DNA of 62,821 nt, counting the filler, from Rhabdomonas costata (Eukaryota): assembly GCA_019059605.1 (NCBI GenBank). It is 14 parts of 14 records of this genome, joined end to end, with 100 filler letters (N's around TTAATTAATTAA, not from the genome) between each part and the next. Parts side by side here need not be neighbours in the genome. Positions count along the whole stretch, not along the records: positions 49,536 to 53,894 come from JAHMHO010000259.1; positions 53,995 to 58,371 come from JAHMHO010000260.1; positions 58,472 to 62,821 come from JAHMHO010000261.1; 11 more parts are not named here. One strand, written 5' to 3'. Made by a program: the position numbers and the translations under genes. Positions 49,551 through 62,190 of this stretch are shown piece by piece. The notes beneath the pieces are model-generated. The model was given only the letters and a program-made list of their open reading frames with translations. It searched no databases and had not been told where the DNA came from. Position 1 is the first letter of the stretch; the number at the start of each line of letters is the position of its first letter.

Positions 49551-52500
49551 ACATCGCGAGGCGGCCACGCTGGCTTTCGGGTCGATCCTGGATGGGCCCA
49601 GCACGGGGGTGCTGCAGAGCGTCGTGGAGCAGGCTGTTCCCATGATGCTGTCCCACATGGCCGACGAGAAGACCCTGGTCAAGGACACCACCACATGGAC
49701 TATTGGGAGAATAGCTGACCTCCACCCCCAGTGCATTGTTGAGAAGTACCTCAAGGCGTGTGCCACACATCCACACCCACACATGAGCTTGTTTGGGGGC
49801 AATTCTGGCAACGGGCTGCATTCAGTGAATGAGACAGGGTTGTATGCTGTAGGCAAGTCAGTTTCAGGCAAGTTATGGGTTTTGGGGACAGAGAGGTGCC
49901 GAAAATGTGCTCCGCGTCAGGTCAAAAGTGAAACGCAGTCAAAGCCCAAACCATGCAGTGAAAAGTGCCTGTTTGGAGCTGTTTGGCAGCGAAAAAGCGT
50001 GGAAAAAGCGTACTTATTTTTCTTCCGAATTCGTAAACTTCAATGCACAGCGAACAAAATGCTCACTTTTCAGGTGACGCGGGCAGTAGAAAGCCAAAAA
50101 GCCGGCGCCCGATGATGAAAAGAAAAGTTCTCCCAAGCACACAACGCGCGCTGCGTAGGGGTGCTCGTACCGAGAATCCGTGGTGAACGGGGTTACCCAT
50201 GTGACAAAAGCGGCGAGCTGCCAGAAACGGCACGACGTCTTCTCCGCCTGTGGCTTCCTTCACGCGTGTGTCTGTGCTGCACGCAGCCTGTGTTGGAGAC
50301 GATGGTCAAAGCGCTGTCGGACAAGTCCAATGTGGCCTCCAAAGCTTGCTGGGTGTGTCCGCGCAGTTTTGCTTGATCGTATAAAAACAAATATTGCACA
50401 GTACTTAGAAACAGGGTTACTCACGCTGCAAACCCTAAACCATGTCAAGATTATCACGTCGGAAGCGCCTCAGTTCAGCTTTACACAAGCACGGTTGAGT
50501 TTTTTGATAGACCCTTTGCACCCCCTCGGAGTACTTGTTGAGGCTGCCGTTTTGCCTAGTCTAGTTTTCTCTGCTGTGATATCAACTACGCACAGTCAAT
50601 ATTCGCTCCATTTGTTCGCGGCTCTGCAAACATTTGCGGAACTTCGGGTCCAGGGAGCAGAAATTTTTGTGTTTGATGTTTGTCTTGATCGCATGCGCAC
50701 TTCTTCGCTTTGGGGAATGGGTCTTTTTGGCAATCCGAGGGTTTTTGGCCTGCGCAGAGCATTCAAAATATTGCGAACTACTGGGAGGACGACGATGAGA
50801 ATCGGTCGACCTACCCCTTGTCCGAGGTTTTCCAAGTCCTGGTGCAGGCCCTGCTGGCCACGATCGACAGGTTGGGCCAAACGCAGAAGTGGCCGGCTGG
50901 GGGCTGCAACGGCCTGGCTCTCTTTTCGGGCACCTTTATAGCGGGAATCAGTTCGAGACGTGGGGATCATGAGAATGGGTCCCAAAAGTTCACTACTAAA
51001 AGTTCACTACTGTTCAGGTTCGTATAGAAGTTGTTGTGATTTTTGGCCTTAACCCCAAACCCGCTGCATTTTCAGCTTGTGTTCACGAGCTCTCACCGTT
51101 CACTGCTACCTTCCCTGAGTGGGTCGGGTTTTGGACCCGTTTTATCGGAGACTCGTGTGAATATCGATCGCCTCCGTTGCTGTTAACTTGCCATCGTTTC
51201 TATTGCTTTGTCTCTTTTTTGTGGGCCATTTTCTTTTGAGCTTTCAATTTACGTGCAACCGCGAATGCTCTTTTTTTTTTCGCACACGTATACCACCGCA
51301 GGGATGACGCCAGCGACGACAACCTCCGCGCAGCAGCCTACGAAGCCTTGAACGCCCTTCTGACCAGCTCCGCCCAGGACTGCCGGGAGCTGGTGAAGCA
51401 GCTCGTGCCCGTTCTTCTGGTGCGGCTGGACAAGACCTTTGGCATGGCGCAGGCCTCCGGGACGGATCGCCAGGAACAGCTCACCGTGCAGGGGCTGCTG
51501 TGCGGAGCCTTGCAGGTTGCGATTTTGTCAGCCTCCTGCATGTCGACTTCAATTTGACCATGTCTGATCCATTTGATCTTCGGATAGTGTCCGCGGGCTG
51601 CATAAGGCCTGTCGGATGTGCGACCCAACACATCCTGACCAGCAAATTGCAAAAGAAAAAGGGTGCGCTGACAACCCACAGTCCACCACATTTTCCTTTT
51701 CATTTGGTTTCATGTGGTAGCACTATATGATGGTTCCTGTGCAGCCGACAAAATTTCAGTGGGTAACGCATTCCTGCGGCATTTTTTGTTTGATCCCATC
51801 GACGCCTTATGGGTGCACAGGTGGTCGCCCGCAAGCTTGGGGAGGAGGTTCTCCCGTTCGCGGACAACATGATGCAGATGTTCTTGCGAGTGCTTGCCAG
51901 CCGTACCTCCGGGGTGCAAGAGGAGAGCTTGATGGCGGTCAGCGCGGTCGCCTCAGGCGTGTCTTGGGCTTTGGGTTCAACTGTCTTGGCACCCTTGCTG
52001 ATTTGTTGCACTGCTTTGACCGCCCCTTTGGCTTCTTCACTGATCCACTTGTTCACACAACATCACGCATATATATTTATGTCCTACACACACCCTGCAC
52101 GATGTTCTTTTATCACGGAAGCAAGACCGCGTGGTAAACGACGCTGGCAGAATCACTCACAGGTGGTCGGGACAGTGAGAGAAGAAAAGGTTGAGCTGCA
52201 TGCTATATTTTTTTTGGTGGGGGGTTATCTGGGATCTGCGCATCCTAACTCGTCTCTCCGGTGCATCCCCAGCCGTTGGGAAGAACTTCGAGAAGTACAT
52301 GCAGGCGTTCTCGCCGTTCCTTTTCCTGGGGCTGAAGAATTACCCGGAGTACCAGGTCTGCGAAGTTCACGCTGTGTGATTTCTGTTCAGCGGTAACCGT
52401 TCTCATCCGATCGGCACCTTCTCGAAAAAGCGGCACGCATTGCGCACTGGTGGGTGCATTCCTTCTTTCATGAGGTTCCTGCGACGCCTGTGCGGATGGT

Positions 52501-53846
52501 CGATTTTTTGGGTGCCCATCTGTGACCGCTCGTGTCTGCGGCCAGTGACAAAGTCTGCGCTGAGGAGAGGGCAATGTTTCTTCTTTACCATCGCAAATAG
52601 TGGAAATCAGGTGGTCACCGTCACGGAGTCTGCGATTCTCTGTTTTAAGGTGTGCAAGGTCGCTGTTGGGGTTGTAAACGACATTGCTGCCGCACTGGGG
52701 CCTCAGCTGGCGCCTTTCTGCGACGACATCATGACCATCTTGCTTGAGGTTTGGAACCTTCCCATCCGTGCCATTTTCATCAGCACTTTCCCTTCGCTTT
52801 TCTGTGCCTTCACCTCATTATTTTTGTCGTTTGCGCGTTCTCATCCTTGTGTGCGGGTGCATCTCTCTCCTTTCAAAATGCAACTCTTGTTCCTTGAGGC
52901 AGTACTGCGATGTCGGTGGCTATATTATTCGCCTGATATGCTGGTGTTCCTCGACAGGTTTCTTGGTCGCAATTTGTTCTTTTTCTGTGCCTTCACCTCA
53001 TTATTTTTGTCGTTTGCGCGTTCTCATCCTTGTGTGCGGGTGCATCTCTCTCCTTTCAAAATGCAACTCTTGTTCCTTGAGGCAGTACTGCGATGTCGGT
53101 GGCTATATTATTCGCCTGATATGCTGGTGTTCCTCGACAGGTTTCTTGATCGCAATTTGTTCTTTTTTTGTGTCTTCACCTCATTATTTTTGTCGTTTGC
53201 GCGTTCTCATCCTTGTGTGCGGGTGCATCTCTCTCCTTTCAAAATGCAACTCTTGTTCCTTGAGGCAGTACTGCGATGTCGGTGGCTATATTATTCGCCT
53301 GATATGCTGGTGTTCCTCGACAGGTTTCTTGGTCGCAATTTGTTCTTTTTCTGCCTCCCACTTCCTCATGTGATCCTTAGAATTTGCGGGCTTTGGAGTT
53401 GGATCGCGATGTCAAGCCTGTGATCATTGCCTGCTTCGGGGATATTGCGCTGAACATCGGAGGTGTACCGGCATCTCCTTCTTTCCAGAATGCTTTCTTC
53501 TCAATGTTTTTGTCAAGTTAAATCGCTGTAAAGCTTTGACATTTTCCTAGGCAGTGTGCGAAACTGCTTGTTTTTAATAAAGAGTCTCTTGCGAGTCTAT
53601 TGTGATTCACCCCTCTGTACTCTACAGCTTAGCTCGTTTCATAACAACCGAGAACTTAAACCAAGAACATCACAGTAGCCGTTGCAAGTGTCAGCAAGTT
53701 AAATCCGTGCGTCCGTCAAACTGGCACCCCCCCTCCACACACACACACACACATTCCCCTACGCCCCGTGCTCAGGCTTGTTCGAGAAATACCTCCCCGT
53801 TGTCATGAATGTCGTCGACCAGGCGGGCAAGACTAAAGTACCCGAG
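49551..53846 (+). CDS. KPNB1: Importin subunit beta-1 (internal fragment)
   Basis: Exons 49551-49755, 50287-50352, 50758-50870, 51302-51515, 51821-51956, 52273-52355, 52650-52748, 53381-53462 and 53776-53846. Motifs: REAATLAFGSILDGP, VKDTTTWTIGRI, NLRAAAYEAL, LQV, EYQVCKVAVGVVNDI and VKPVIIACFGDIALNIG. Confidence 0.96.
52798..53353. repeat. Intronic tandem repeat, 3 x 183 bp, nearly identical
   Basis: Units start at 52798, 52981 and 53164 and differ by only a few substitutions. The array lies inside importin-beta intron 52749-53380. Confidence 0.95.
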
Positions 53847-54758
53847 GTTTTTCCCAGACTCACGATGCTTTTCTGTCGTGCCCACCCCAACACCNNNNNN
53901 NNNNNNNNNNNNNNNNNNNNNNNNNNNNNNNNNNNNNNTTAATTAATTAANNNNNNNNNNNNNNNNNNNNNNNNNNNNNNNNNNNNNNNNNNNNGGGGTT
54001 TTGGGTCATTATCCATTTCAAGCCCAATTTTTAGTTCCAGGTCTGTCATAAGTTCATACCTTCCAACCCAGAGACAGCTGCTGATACGTTACCGGTTTGC
54101 GAGACCCACCCACTTGCTCCAGAAGCGGCAGGCAGTGTGTGCGCACTTCCTGTCCTTCTTCCAGCCAGAGAAGGCAGAGAATGCCCTTCACTCCCCGGAG
54201 CTCGTTAAATTGCTTTGAAACGGTGGCTTAATTTGTTTGATGGCGCGGAACCTTTGAGGCAGTCCTCATTCAGCGCTATTACGTTTTGCAGAGGTTTTTA
54301 GTCACATACCCTTTTGTGTGAGTTGGATCACGGCGCCCTCGGGCAGCATCCGGGTACTCCATACCCATTCTGATTCTTTCTTCTCTGGGGGCGGGGCAGG
54401 TGGACCAAGTCCCAGTTGGGAAAGACGTTGGGAAAGACATGCAAGTAGCGGTGCCTTGTCCCACACTACAGTGCATCACGTGCACAAAAAAAAAGAAATG
54501 TCCAAACGCCATGGTAAAGAAAAGTACAAAACTTTGTTCTGAGATAAAAAAGAAACCCAACCGCAGCCGGCACAGAGCCGCGAGCGTCGAGGAGGCATGG
54601 AGACAAGGAGGTCACCGCGCGGAACATCGGAGAGGACAAAAAGCCTGCCCTCTCATCTCAAAACGCATAGCAGCCAGTGGCCCGATCGGTATCTCACCGC
54701 ACCACCGGGAGCGAAGATTGCCGATCCCACAAGCGCCATTGCTGTTCTCATGCGGGCC

Positions 54759-57700
54759 TCACCCGCCCGTGGACACCGTGACGGAAAAGAAGACAACGAT
54801 AACAAGAAAGTACGCCGTGGGGAGGAAGCACGCAAAGAAGTAGTCCAAAACCACCCACAGAGGAGAGAAGGGCTTCCGTTTGGGCCCGGGCGGTGGCTCG
54901 GGCTGAGAAAAAGCCTCGGGCGGGGTCTCCGGGAGCACGCGCGGCGGGGTGCAGCTGAGCAGTGGGCATTGACGAGAAGGGGATTCCCTGAAGGACGCGA
55001 GGGGCAAGGGCGCTTCTCAATGCCCCAGAAGACCACAAAAAGGAAAGTGAGGGCTTCTTTGGAGTGCAACGGGTCATGCTCGCTGTTGTTGCCCCTTATC
55101 GCTAAAAGCGCCTTCCTTGCAGGCTCGCTGTCGTTTAGCTTTTTCCTCACAGTGTTGCTTAGGACTGTTCCCCGCTCTCTGCATCGGCTTTGCGAATGCG
55201 GGCAACACGAGTCCAGAATCTACTTGAATTCTCTTCGGCAGTTCTGTCACGGCGGCTTGTGGCGGAGTCTGTGGACTCCGGAGCCAGATGTCCGTTATTC
55301 GATTCGCGCCATTCTTCGCGAAAGCAAAAATGAAGTCGTTTGGATAATATTGTCCGCGCCACCATAAAATTGAGAGTTTTTGAGATGTGCTCTAAAGGAA
55401 GCGCTTTTACTTTACAGGCAATATTTCCAATGAAAAATTTGCCGGCTGTCTGTTAAAAGGTTGTATTTGAACAGCATGGTTGTTGGAAGCGCGTATCTTT
55501 GCGAACGGCGCACTGAGAAGGTTAGATAGCGACATGGTTTTCTCTCATGGGGCGGGGGTGACTCAGAAATTTATCAGCCCTTTTCAGACACTGAAACGAC
55601 CTTAGTGTTATCACATCTCGCCTGGAGGTTTCGTGGTCAGTTTTAGCAGAAGTTTTAGCGTTTTGTCTGTAACTCTCACCTCTGAGAAGACGCGTGGCGN
55701 NNNNNNNNNNNNNNNNNNNNNNNNNNNNNNNNNNNNNNNNNNNNNNNNNNNNNNNNNNNNNNNNNNNNNNNNNNNNNNNNNNNNNNNNNNNNNTTGTAAC
55801 TCTCACCTCTGAGAAGACGCGTGGCGTGTTTCTGCTTGCATTCCATGGACGGACCTCCCCTGAACTCTATCTCAAAGACGGGCGCTCGGCATATTCGGCG
55901 GCCCAGCGGCATTCATGTACTCGCGCGACCATCCTGCACAACCACACAAAACCCTTACAGCGTTTTCGTACCTGTATAGATAGCGTTACGCTGGCAAAGA
56001 GTAATCGCTTGCGGGGACGGGGGGAAGGTGCAGCTGCCAGAAACATACACTTTAAACTTTAGAAGTGATAGCCCGTTGCCCTCGAGGAGTACAGTAAGGG
56101 TTAGGGTGCCAGCGCTTTTTCGGAGGTGCTCATCTCTTACATTGCTTGCAGGTTTTCTGCATTCGGAATGAAACACTCGCCACCCAAATAGAAAAATCCA
56201 CTAACCCACACAAACCCAGAGGGTGCGGGGGCGGCAGGAGCGGGCTTAGCGCTCTTCCCCCTCAGCTCGTGCATCCTCCGAAGGAAGTGCACAAGCACCG
56301 TGGCCATGATCGTGGCGAAGATGAAGTACGTGCTGATCGCGTTGTACAACGTGACGTAGTTCTCGTACGGGGTCACGGGAAGGTCCGCGGTCATGGGAAA
56401 GGTCAGGGCCACCAAGCTGAGCATGCTAGTGATCTCCAGGGCCACCCGGGCGGGCATCACCGAGGTGTCGATGAACAGCGAGGACAGCGCCATCAGGGTG
56501 ATCAGCGTCAGCGGGACAAACACAATGAACCCAAAGTGCCCTGACGAGAGGAAACCCGTGCCCCGTGTAGCAACGACGTCTCCAATAGGTCATGTGACAC
56601 ACGAACGTCGCCTGAGCGCGATTGGGGGCGTGTTGTGGACCGACTGAGAGTTGGGGGGCGATTTACTCCCGTTCCGGCTATGAATGCGGAATAAAAATAC
56701 TGCACCGTATCTCTCATGACCAATGCCCACCGCCGGACCGCCACTTGGCACGGGTACATCCCTAAAGGTGTTATGGAAAGCGGCCCATGATCCCGTTGCC
56801 CAAAAAAGACAAAAAAGAAACGGCGCTACACTTCTTTCCATTTCTCTCTCCATTCGGGTCAATTAGCATTGAGAATTGGTATTGGTACCATTCACGACAT
56901 CGACACACAGGAGCAAAGGTGCACTTACTTCCGCTTCTCTTCATTGTCACCGTGAACTGGCACCCGGGATAATTCACAGATGAAGCATCGGTACTGTACC
57001 CCACTTCCGGAAGGGGGTACTGTATAAACTGCTGGAAGCTGAAGTTCAAGTGGAACGTAGCCAAGGAGGAGGACCCCGAGACTGGAGGCGCAAACTTCGC
57101 ATCGAGGATGCTGCAGTCGTCGCGGAAGCGGAAGCCCTCCTCCCACAACACCACAGGGACGGCGCAGTATTGAGTGTCGAAGGGGTAGCGGTGGAAGTCC
57201 ATAGGGCAGGAGGCCGTGCCAACAACGTGACGGTGCAACACGAAGACAGGGACTCCGGGCTCCAGGAGAGATGGTATAAAGAGCCGAAGGTTCTCGTTGA
57301 CTCCGGCCGTGGTGGCATCGGCCTAAAGCGTAGCCAGACGAAATTGCATGCATTTCCAGGCCGGGCTGGGGAAGAGTGAGGGGCGCGGGTTCATAACTTG
57401 GAGCCTCGGGAGGGTTCGGGGGAATTCAACAAACGAGAGAAGGTGACAGAAATCGTCGCGAAAACCAACGGCAATAACCATGCTTTCTTGTTCAACTTTG
57501 ATTGCGTTGACCAGTGCAATGGAACGGCGGTCCCACTACGCTCTCCGCGGTGGGCGCCGCGGTCGGAGACAGAGCGTATATGCATACGGTACTTTATTAC
57601 ACCAACGTGTAAAGCGACCACGGCAAAATAGGGCGAGAAGACGCAACAGCCGCCATGGGTGAAATCCGGCACAAGCGGAACCGGCACAAGCGTAGATCCA

Positions 57701-58371
57701 CATGTTAACAAAAAGAAAAGAGGCCCACAACCAAATACATCTCTGTCTCAGCCACCTGCTCTGCGTTCAGACGCCTGCCCTCATTAATGCGGTCCCACTT
57801 GACCAAACAGTAACGAGCAAGTCCACCAACCCCCGCACACTAAAACACGGCGCTAGCGATCAGGAGTCGCGAAATGAAACCAAAAGTTTCACGTCGTCAC
57901 GACGTAGTAGGATACTGTTTTCGCTTGATTTGCACAACTATTTGCACAGGGCACAGGTTCGTAAGTATTTCTCCTCCAGTATCTCTAATCGATACCCACC
58001 ATTACCACACGGATAAGTTCCCGTTTGCACACTAACCCTACAATAACTTCGTTCGTACCTCGCTGCGCTTCGGGAACAACCATTTCGACGATGCTGTGCC
58101 ACTTTACCAACCCATTTTCGTGACAAAAGTTACCTGCAAGTTGACCACTGGAAACAGCGGGGTGGATGCAAGACGACGCGCTTTGGCGAGAGCTCACAAA
58201 AAAGACGGCAGGGGTACCTTTGAGATCTGCCCGATCGTTGGGAAAATCACAGTGGGATACCACACCACGTGGGGCATGGCCATGTCGAAGGTAATTTCAG
58301 ACCAATAAGTGCTGACATTAAGGAGGTTCACCCCAGTGATAGATTGGATACGGGTGAAATTACCCCAACAC
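54759..58371 (-). CDS. Pentameric ligand-gated ion channel (Cys-loop receptor) subunit, 5' end missing
   Basis: Phase-consistent exons <58371-58218, 57322-56929, 56540-56216 and 54987-54759 encode loop A VWYPTVIF, Cys-loop CPMDFHRYPFDTQYC, pre-M1 MKR, M1 with Pro, M2 PARVALEITSMLSL, the M2-M3 loop LPVTPY, M3, and M4 LDYFFACFLPTAYF. Confidence 0.93.
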
Positions 58372-58488
58372 NNNNNNNNNNNNNNNNNNNNNNNNNNNNN
58401 NNNNNNNNNNNNNNNTTAATTAATTAANNNNNNNNNNNNNNNNNNNNNNNNNNNNNNNNNNNNNNNNNNNNTGGGGTGGTTTTCGCAG

Positions 58489-58576
58489 GTTTCGTGTGGG
58501 CATCAACACGGATGCCGTTCTTGTGGGAAACTTCGGGTGTGAGTACCGCATCAGCTACACTGTCCTTGGGGATTCC
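58489..58576 (+). CDS. Inverted downstream exon of the adjacent cyclase gene (FRVGINTDAVLVGNFGCEYRISYTVLGDS)
   Basis: A cyclase C-terminal motif follows a ttttcgcag acceptor but lies on the opposite strand to the rest of the gene. Confidence 0.85.
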
Positions 58577-61500
58577 CTCCGCTTGCCACTGTGGGTGAAG
58601 GTCCACCAACTGGGCCTGCATCTCCAGAGCGGCGCCCACCGCGGCGCTTTCGTGGTTCTTCAGGTGCTTCGGGGCGTTCCAAAGCGCCATGATGCAGTCC
58701 CCAATAAACTGGGCACGGGCAGAAACATCGCAGGCCACACAGACCCAGACGCCCACTCAGATCGCTCAATTGACTCGCACCATCTGAGACGTAAAGGTCA
58801 TGTGAAGGCAGGCAGCCATGGGTGTGAATGAGCACGTCACAGGCCGAACTTACTTTACACAGTTCTCTGGGTCACTGAAGCCAATCGGACCATTCGGACG
58901 GTTGAAATCACAGCAAGAGCACGAAGTTGATGAAGTGAGTGAAGAAGCGGCCAAAAGAGATACAAAAGAGCCGCTAAGGGGCACCACAACCGGTCGAGAG
59001 GTCGAGTGTCAGGGAAAACTCTGGCCCCAAGGACCAACCACGCAGCATTTCGGGACGCCTGCTGCATATTACAAGCCTGTTTCGGCTTTCCCTCCGAGTC
59101 ATTGTGGGTGAAGTGGGTGAACAACCGCAAACGAAGTCGTAAGTAATCACACCGTCAATCGCCTATTTACCGCTATGCCAGGGTAGTGTTCGTCGCAGTT
59201 AGGTTCAATGACCAAAACACGAACCTTGTCAAGGGTACCCTTGGAGTGCACAATGACCTCGCACATTGCTTGCAGGTAGTCATGAGTCAGCCGATTAAGC
59301 TGGTCAGGACCGATCCGCTCGCAAAGTGGGCTAAACCCCGCAATATCCCTGGGGAAAATATTCGCAACTATGAAACAGATGCCAAACACCAGGATAAAAT
59401 CAGTTCGGGAAAAACGGGGTGCTAATTTCGCTGGCAGAAAGGGAATTCCTCACGATCATCGCTAAGAGGCGACGAGTCAGTTTGCCCAATGAGTACTCTC
59501 TCCAATCGAACGACAACGTGCCCTCTCTCCTTCCTTCCGCTTTCAGAATTGCTGATGAATGGCAAAGAGTTCTTGGGCACCGCGAGCAGAAAGTACGTGG
59601 GGGACACCCACACCACGTAGTGAAAAAACCTGGAGAATAAGGTGAAACGTTTACATGTTTACACGTTTACAGCATACAAAAATCAACAACTAAAAAGTAG
59701 CATACATGAAGAGGATGGTGACCACCTGGCGGGACATCACATTGGTGGACTCCATTTCCCCGGCTAGCATCATTCCCACCACACCCCGTGGCACGTACTT
59801 CACAAAGGCCTTCAGCCCCCTGCCCAGAAAAAAAAGAGTAAGTGTGTGAGCGAATTTCGAGCCCGCTATCCTTCCTCTCAACTTCCGATTTCACGATCTG
59901 CAAGGAAAGGTATCGTGGAGAACAAATCGATTGAGGGGATGGGGGTGCTATCAACACGCCCATTTTCGATGAACACAAATCCGAACCGCAATGCGGCAGT
60001 AAGAAAGCAGGGGGAAAGCCGCGAGAAGTTGGAGGCATATATGGACCTCTCCAGGGAGACGAAGGAGAGCTCGCACTGCGAGAACTCCACAAACCGCGAA
60101 TGGGACACCAATAGGCTGTCTTCCTCGGACCCATCTCCGAATCGCAGCAAGGACTGAAAGAAAAAAGTCTCAAAATAGCAAAAGGCGAGCGTAACGCTCA
60201 GAAAATGCCAAGGCACAGAGCACGTCATGACAGCAGAGGGATGTCATGCAGACTTCACCAGCGCGCACCACGATTAACACTTTTGCATGACAAAACCTAC
60301 TTGAAATTGATTCCACTCTCGCACGCTCAACGCATCATACTAACTTCCCGATTCCCCAGACACACGCACGCACACCAGCATGTCCATCCCGAAGGCCAAG
60401 CGGGACAACCACACCGTGAGCAGCCAGCTGATAGCCGCGGCCAGGGCCAGAGCCGACACCACCACGACTACAAGAGCGGCCACAAGGGCGCGGTTGGTGG
60501 CACTAATGTCGCTGAAGGTGGCCGCCGTGTTGGCTTCAATGCGGCCCAGCACCGAGGCCTGGTCCACCAGAAGCACAAGGTTCATTCGCAGCCCCATCTG
60601 TGCGCAGCACCACTCGCCTCTCTGCTGGTGAGGAATGTGATAATGAGTGGGGGCACGGGAGATCAAGTCACGCTTGAGCCGGATCAGCTCTGTTCTGGGG
60701 AGGGGGGGGGTCCCCTCTTCGGCTCGTAGAGACTGTTGTAGTCAGCACAGCTGCAGTATTCCCCACTTTTTTTTTAACTCCAATTAGCTCCATCAAAACT
60801 GCAAAGCGGACACCCTCCTGCCCTCGGGAGCTGCAGAAAGCTCGCAAATGCACAGCCCCCTCATTGTTTGACCACCGTGAGGTTCAGGTTCTGCATCGTC
60901 CTCCACAACAGTCTCATTAGAAGGGCGACAGGGGGACGCACGCACGCGCTGTCGGAGTGATTTCAGTCGAATCCTGATGACACCCCCCTTTCCCCCTTTC
61001 GAGTGGAGGAGGCGATGGTCGTTTACGCGCAGCAGAGCAACGCATGTGCCATGTTGCTTTCCAGTCTACACGGAAAAGAGCTTTCGGACCTCTGTCTCGA
61101 TGGGCTCGCAGCTGAGCCAGTAGTTCTCACCATTCAGGAACTGCACCGTCTCCAGGTGAGGAATGGCGTCCCATGCAAAGAAGGTCCCTAAGAGCCACTC
61201 CCCAGCCGCGCGGATCGAAGCATCCGTGGAGTTCACGGGGGTGTACCTGAAAACACCACACTCACACATTTACTCATTGCACACTCACATTCAAACAGTT
61301 TGTACATCATCGTGAAAACATTCATCTGATTAATTCGAGACAACCCACACATGAACACATGTTACTTCACTGTGGTTTAAAGAAAAACCACATGAAATCG
61401 TGTTCCCAGGGTTCACAGAAAAAGGCACAGATCAAGCAAAAGATGGCCGGAGGGAAACGGACGGAGGGAGGAGTTGAAGGCATCATTATTTTGGTGGTGT

Positions 61501-62190
61501 GGAGCAATTGCAATTTACTTTTACCTCATGATCACTTCTCTCGAGTTCAGATTGTGTGTTCACAAGCACATACCAATCCGCATTTGCCAGGATGCAATTC
61601 AAAACAATATGGCGCAAAAGTTCTTGCACCAGGAGGGTCAGCACCAAACAGACCCATTTCACAAGAAACACAAGGAAACTGAATGCGTATGGCAAAAGGT
61701 TCATGGTGGAACGCGAAAGGCCCTTTTCAGAGGGAAAGGGAGCATGAGTAGAAAGAGAAAGTGTGTGCGCTTGTTGGGGCGAAAGATATCTGTGGGAGGT
61801 GTAGTTGAGTGAGTGAGTGAGTGGTTCGTCAAGCAGTACCCCCAAGTGACCGAATAGTCCGATTTCCGGTTTGCTATAAAAAAGTTCAGGGCACAGGGGT
61901 TACCTCCGGAATTGCTCCACAGGAGGCGGGTTGAACAAGGGATCATTGGCACTGTAGTCCACGTCACTGTGGGAGAAGACCTTTCCATGGGAGGCCCCCA
62001 CCAGTGTCCCGGCAGGGGTGCGGAAGCTCACGAAAAGGCGCTGGGTGGGTCCCCTGAGAATGTCCCTGAGATGGCTGCTGATCCTGTACACTGAGGTGTG
62101 CAGGGCAAGGCGGTGCGCTGCTTGCTGGTCGGTCAGAGGGACCCCGTAGTCCAGCCGGAGCATGGACAGCCCGGTGTAGGGGTTGAAGAA
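58567..62190 (-). CDS. Receptor-type class III nucleotide (adenylyl) cyclase with extracellular region, TM helix and HAMP-like linker (partial)
   Basis: Seven GT-AG exons encode the TM helix ALVAALVVVVVSALALAAAISWLL, then GLKAFVKYVP, VTILFM|DIAGFS and GTLDK|FIGDCIMALWNAP. Both metal-binding Asp residues and the adenine-specifying Lys are present. Confidence 0.94.

Noticed and set aside
52440..53423. 327-aa and 209-aa ORFs with 61-aa repeats
   Set aside because: They are read-through of the intronic 183-bp tandem repeat. The importin exons splice cleanly around it.
55668..55826. 32-bp direct repeat flanking N run (CRISPR- or TSD-like)
   Set aside because: The same sequence lies on both sides of a scaffold gap, so it is an assembly overlap.
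54759..62190. Cys-loop channel next to a receptor cyclase as a signalling gene cluster
   Set aside because: They are on different scaffolds separated by the artificial spacer at 58372-58471.
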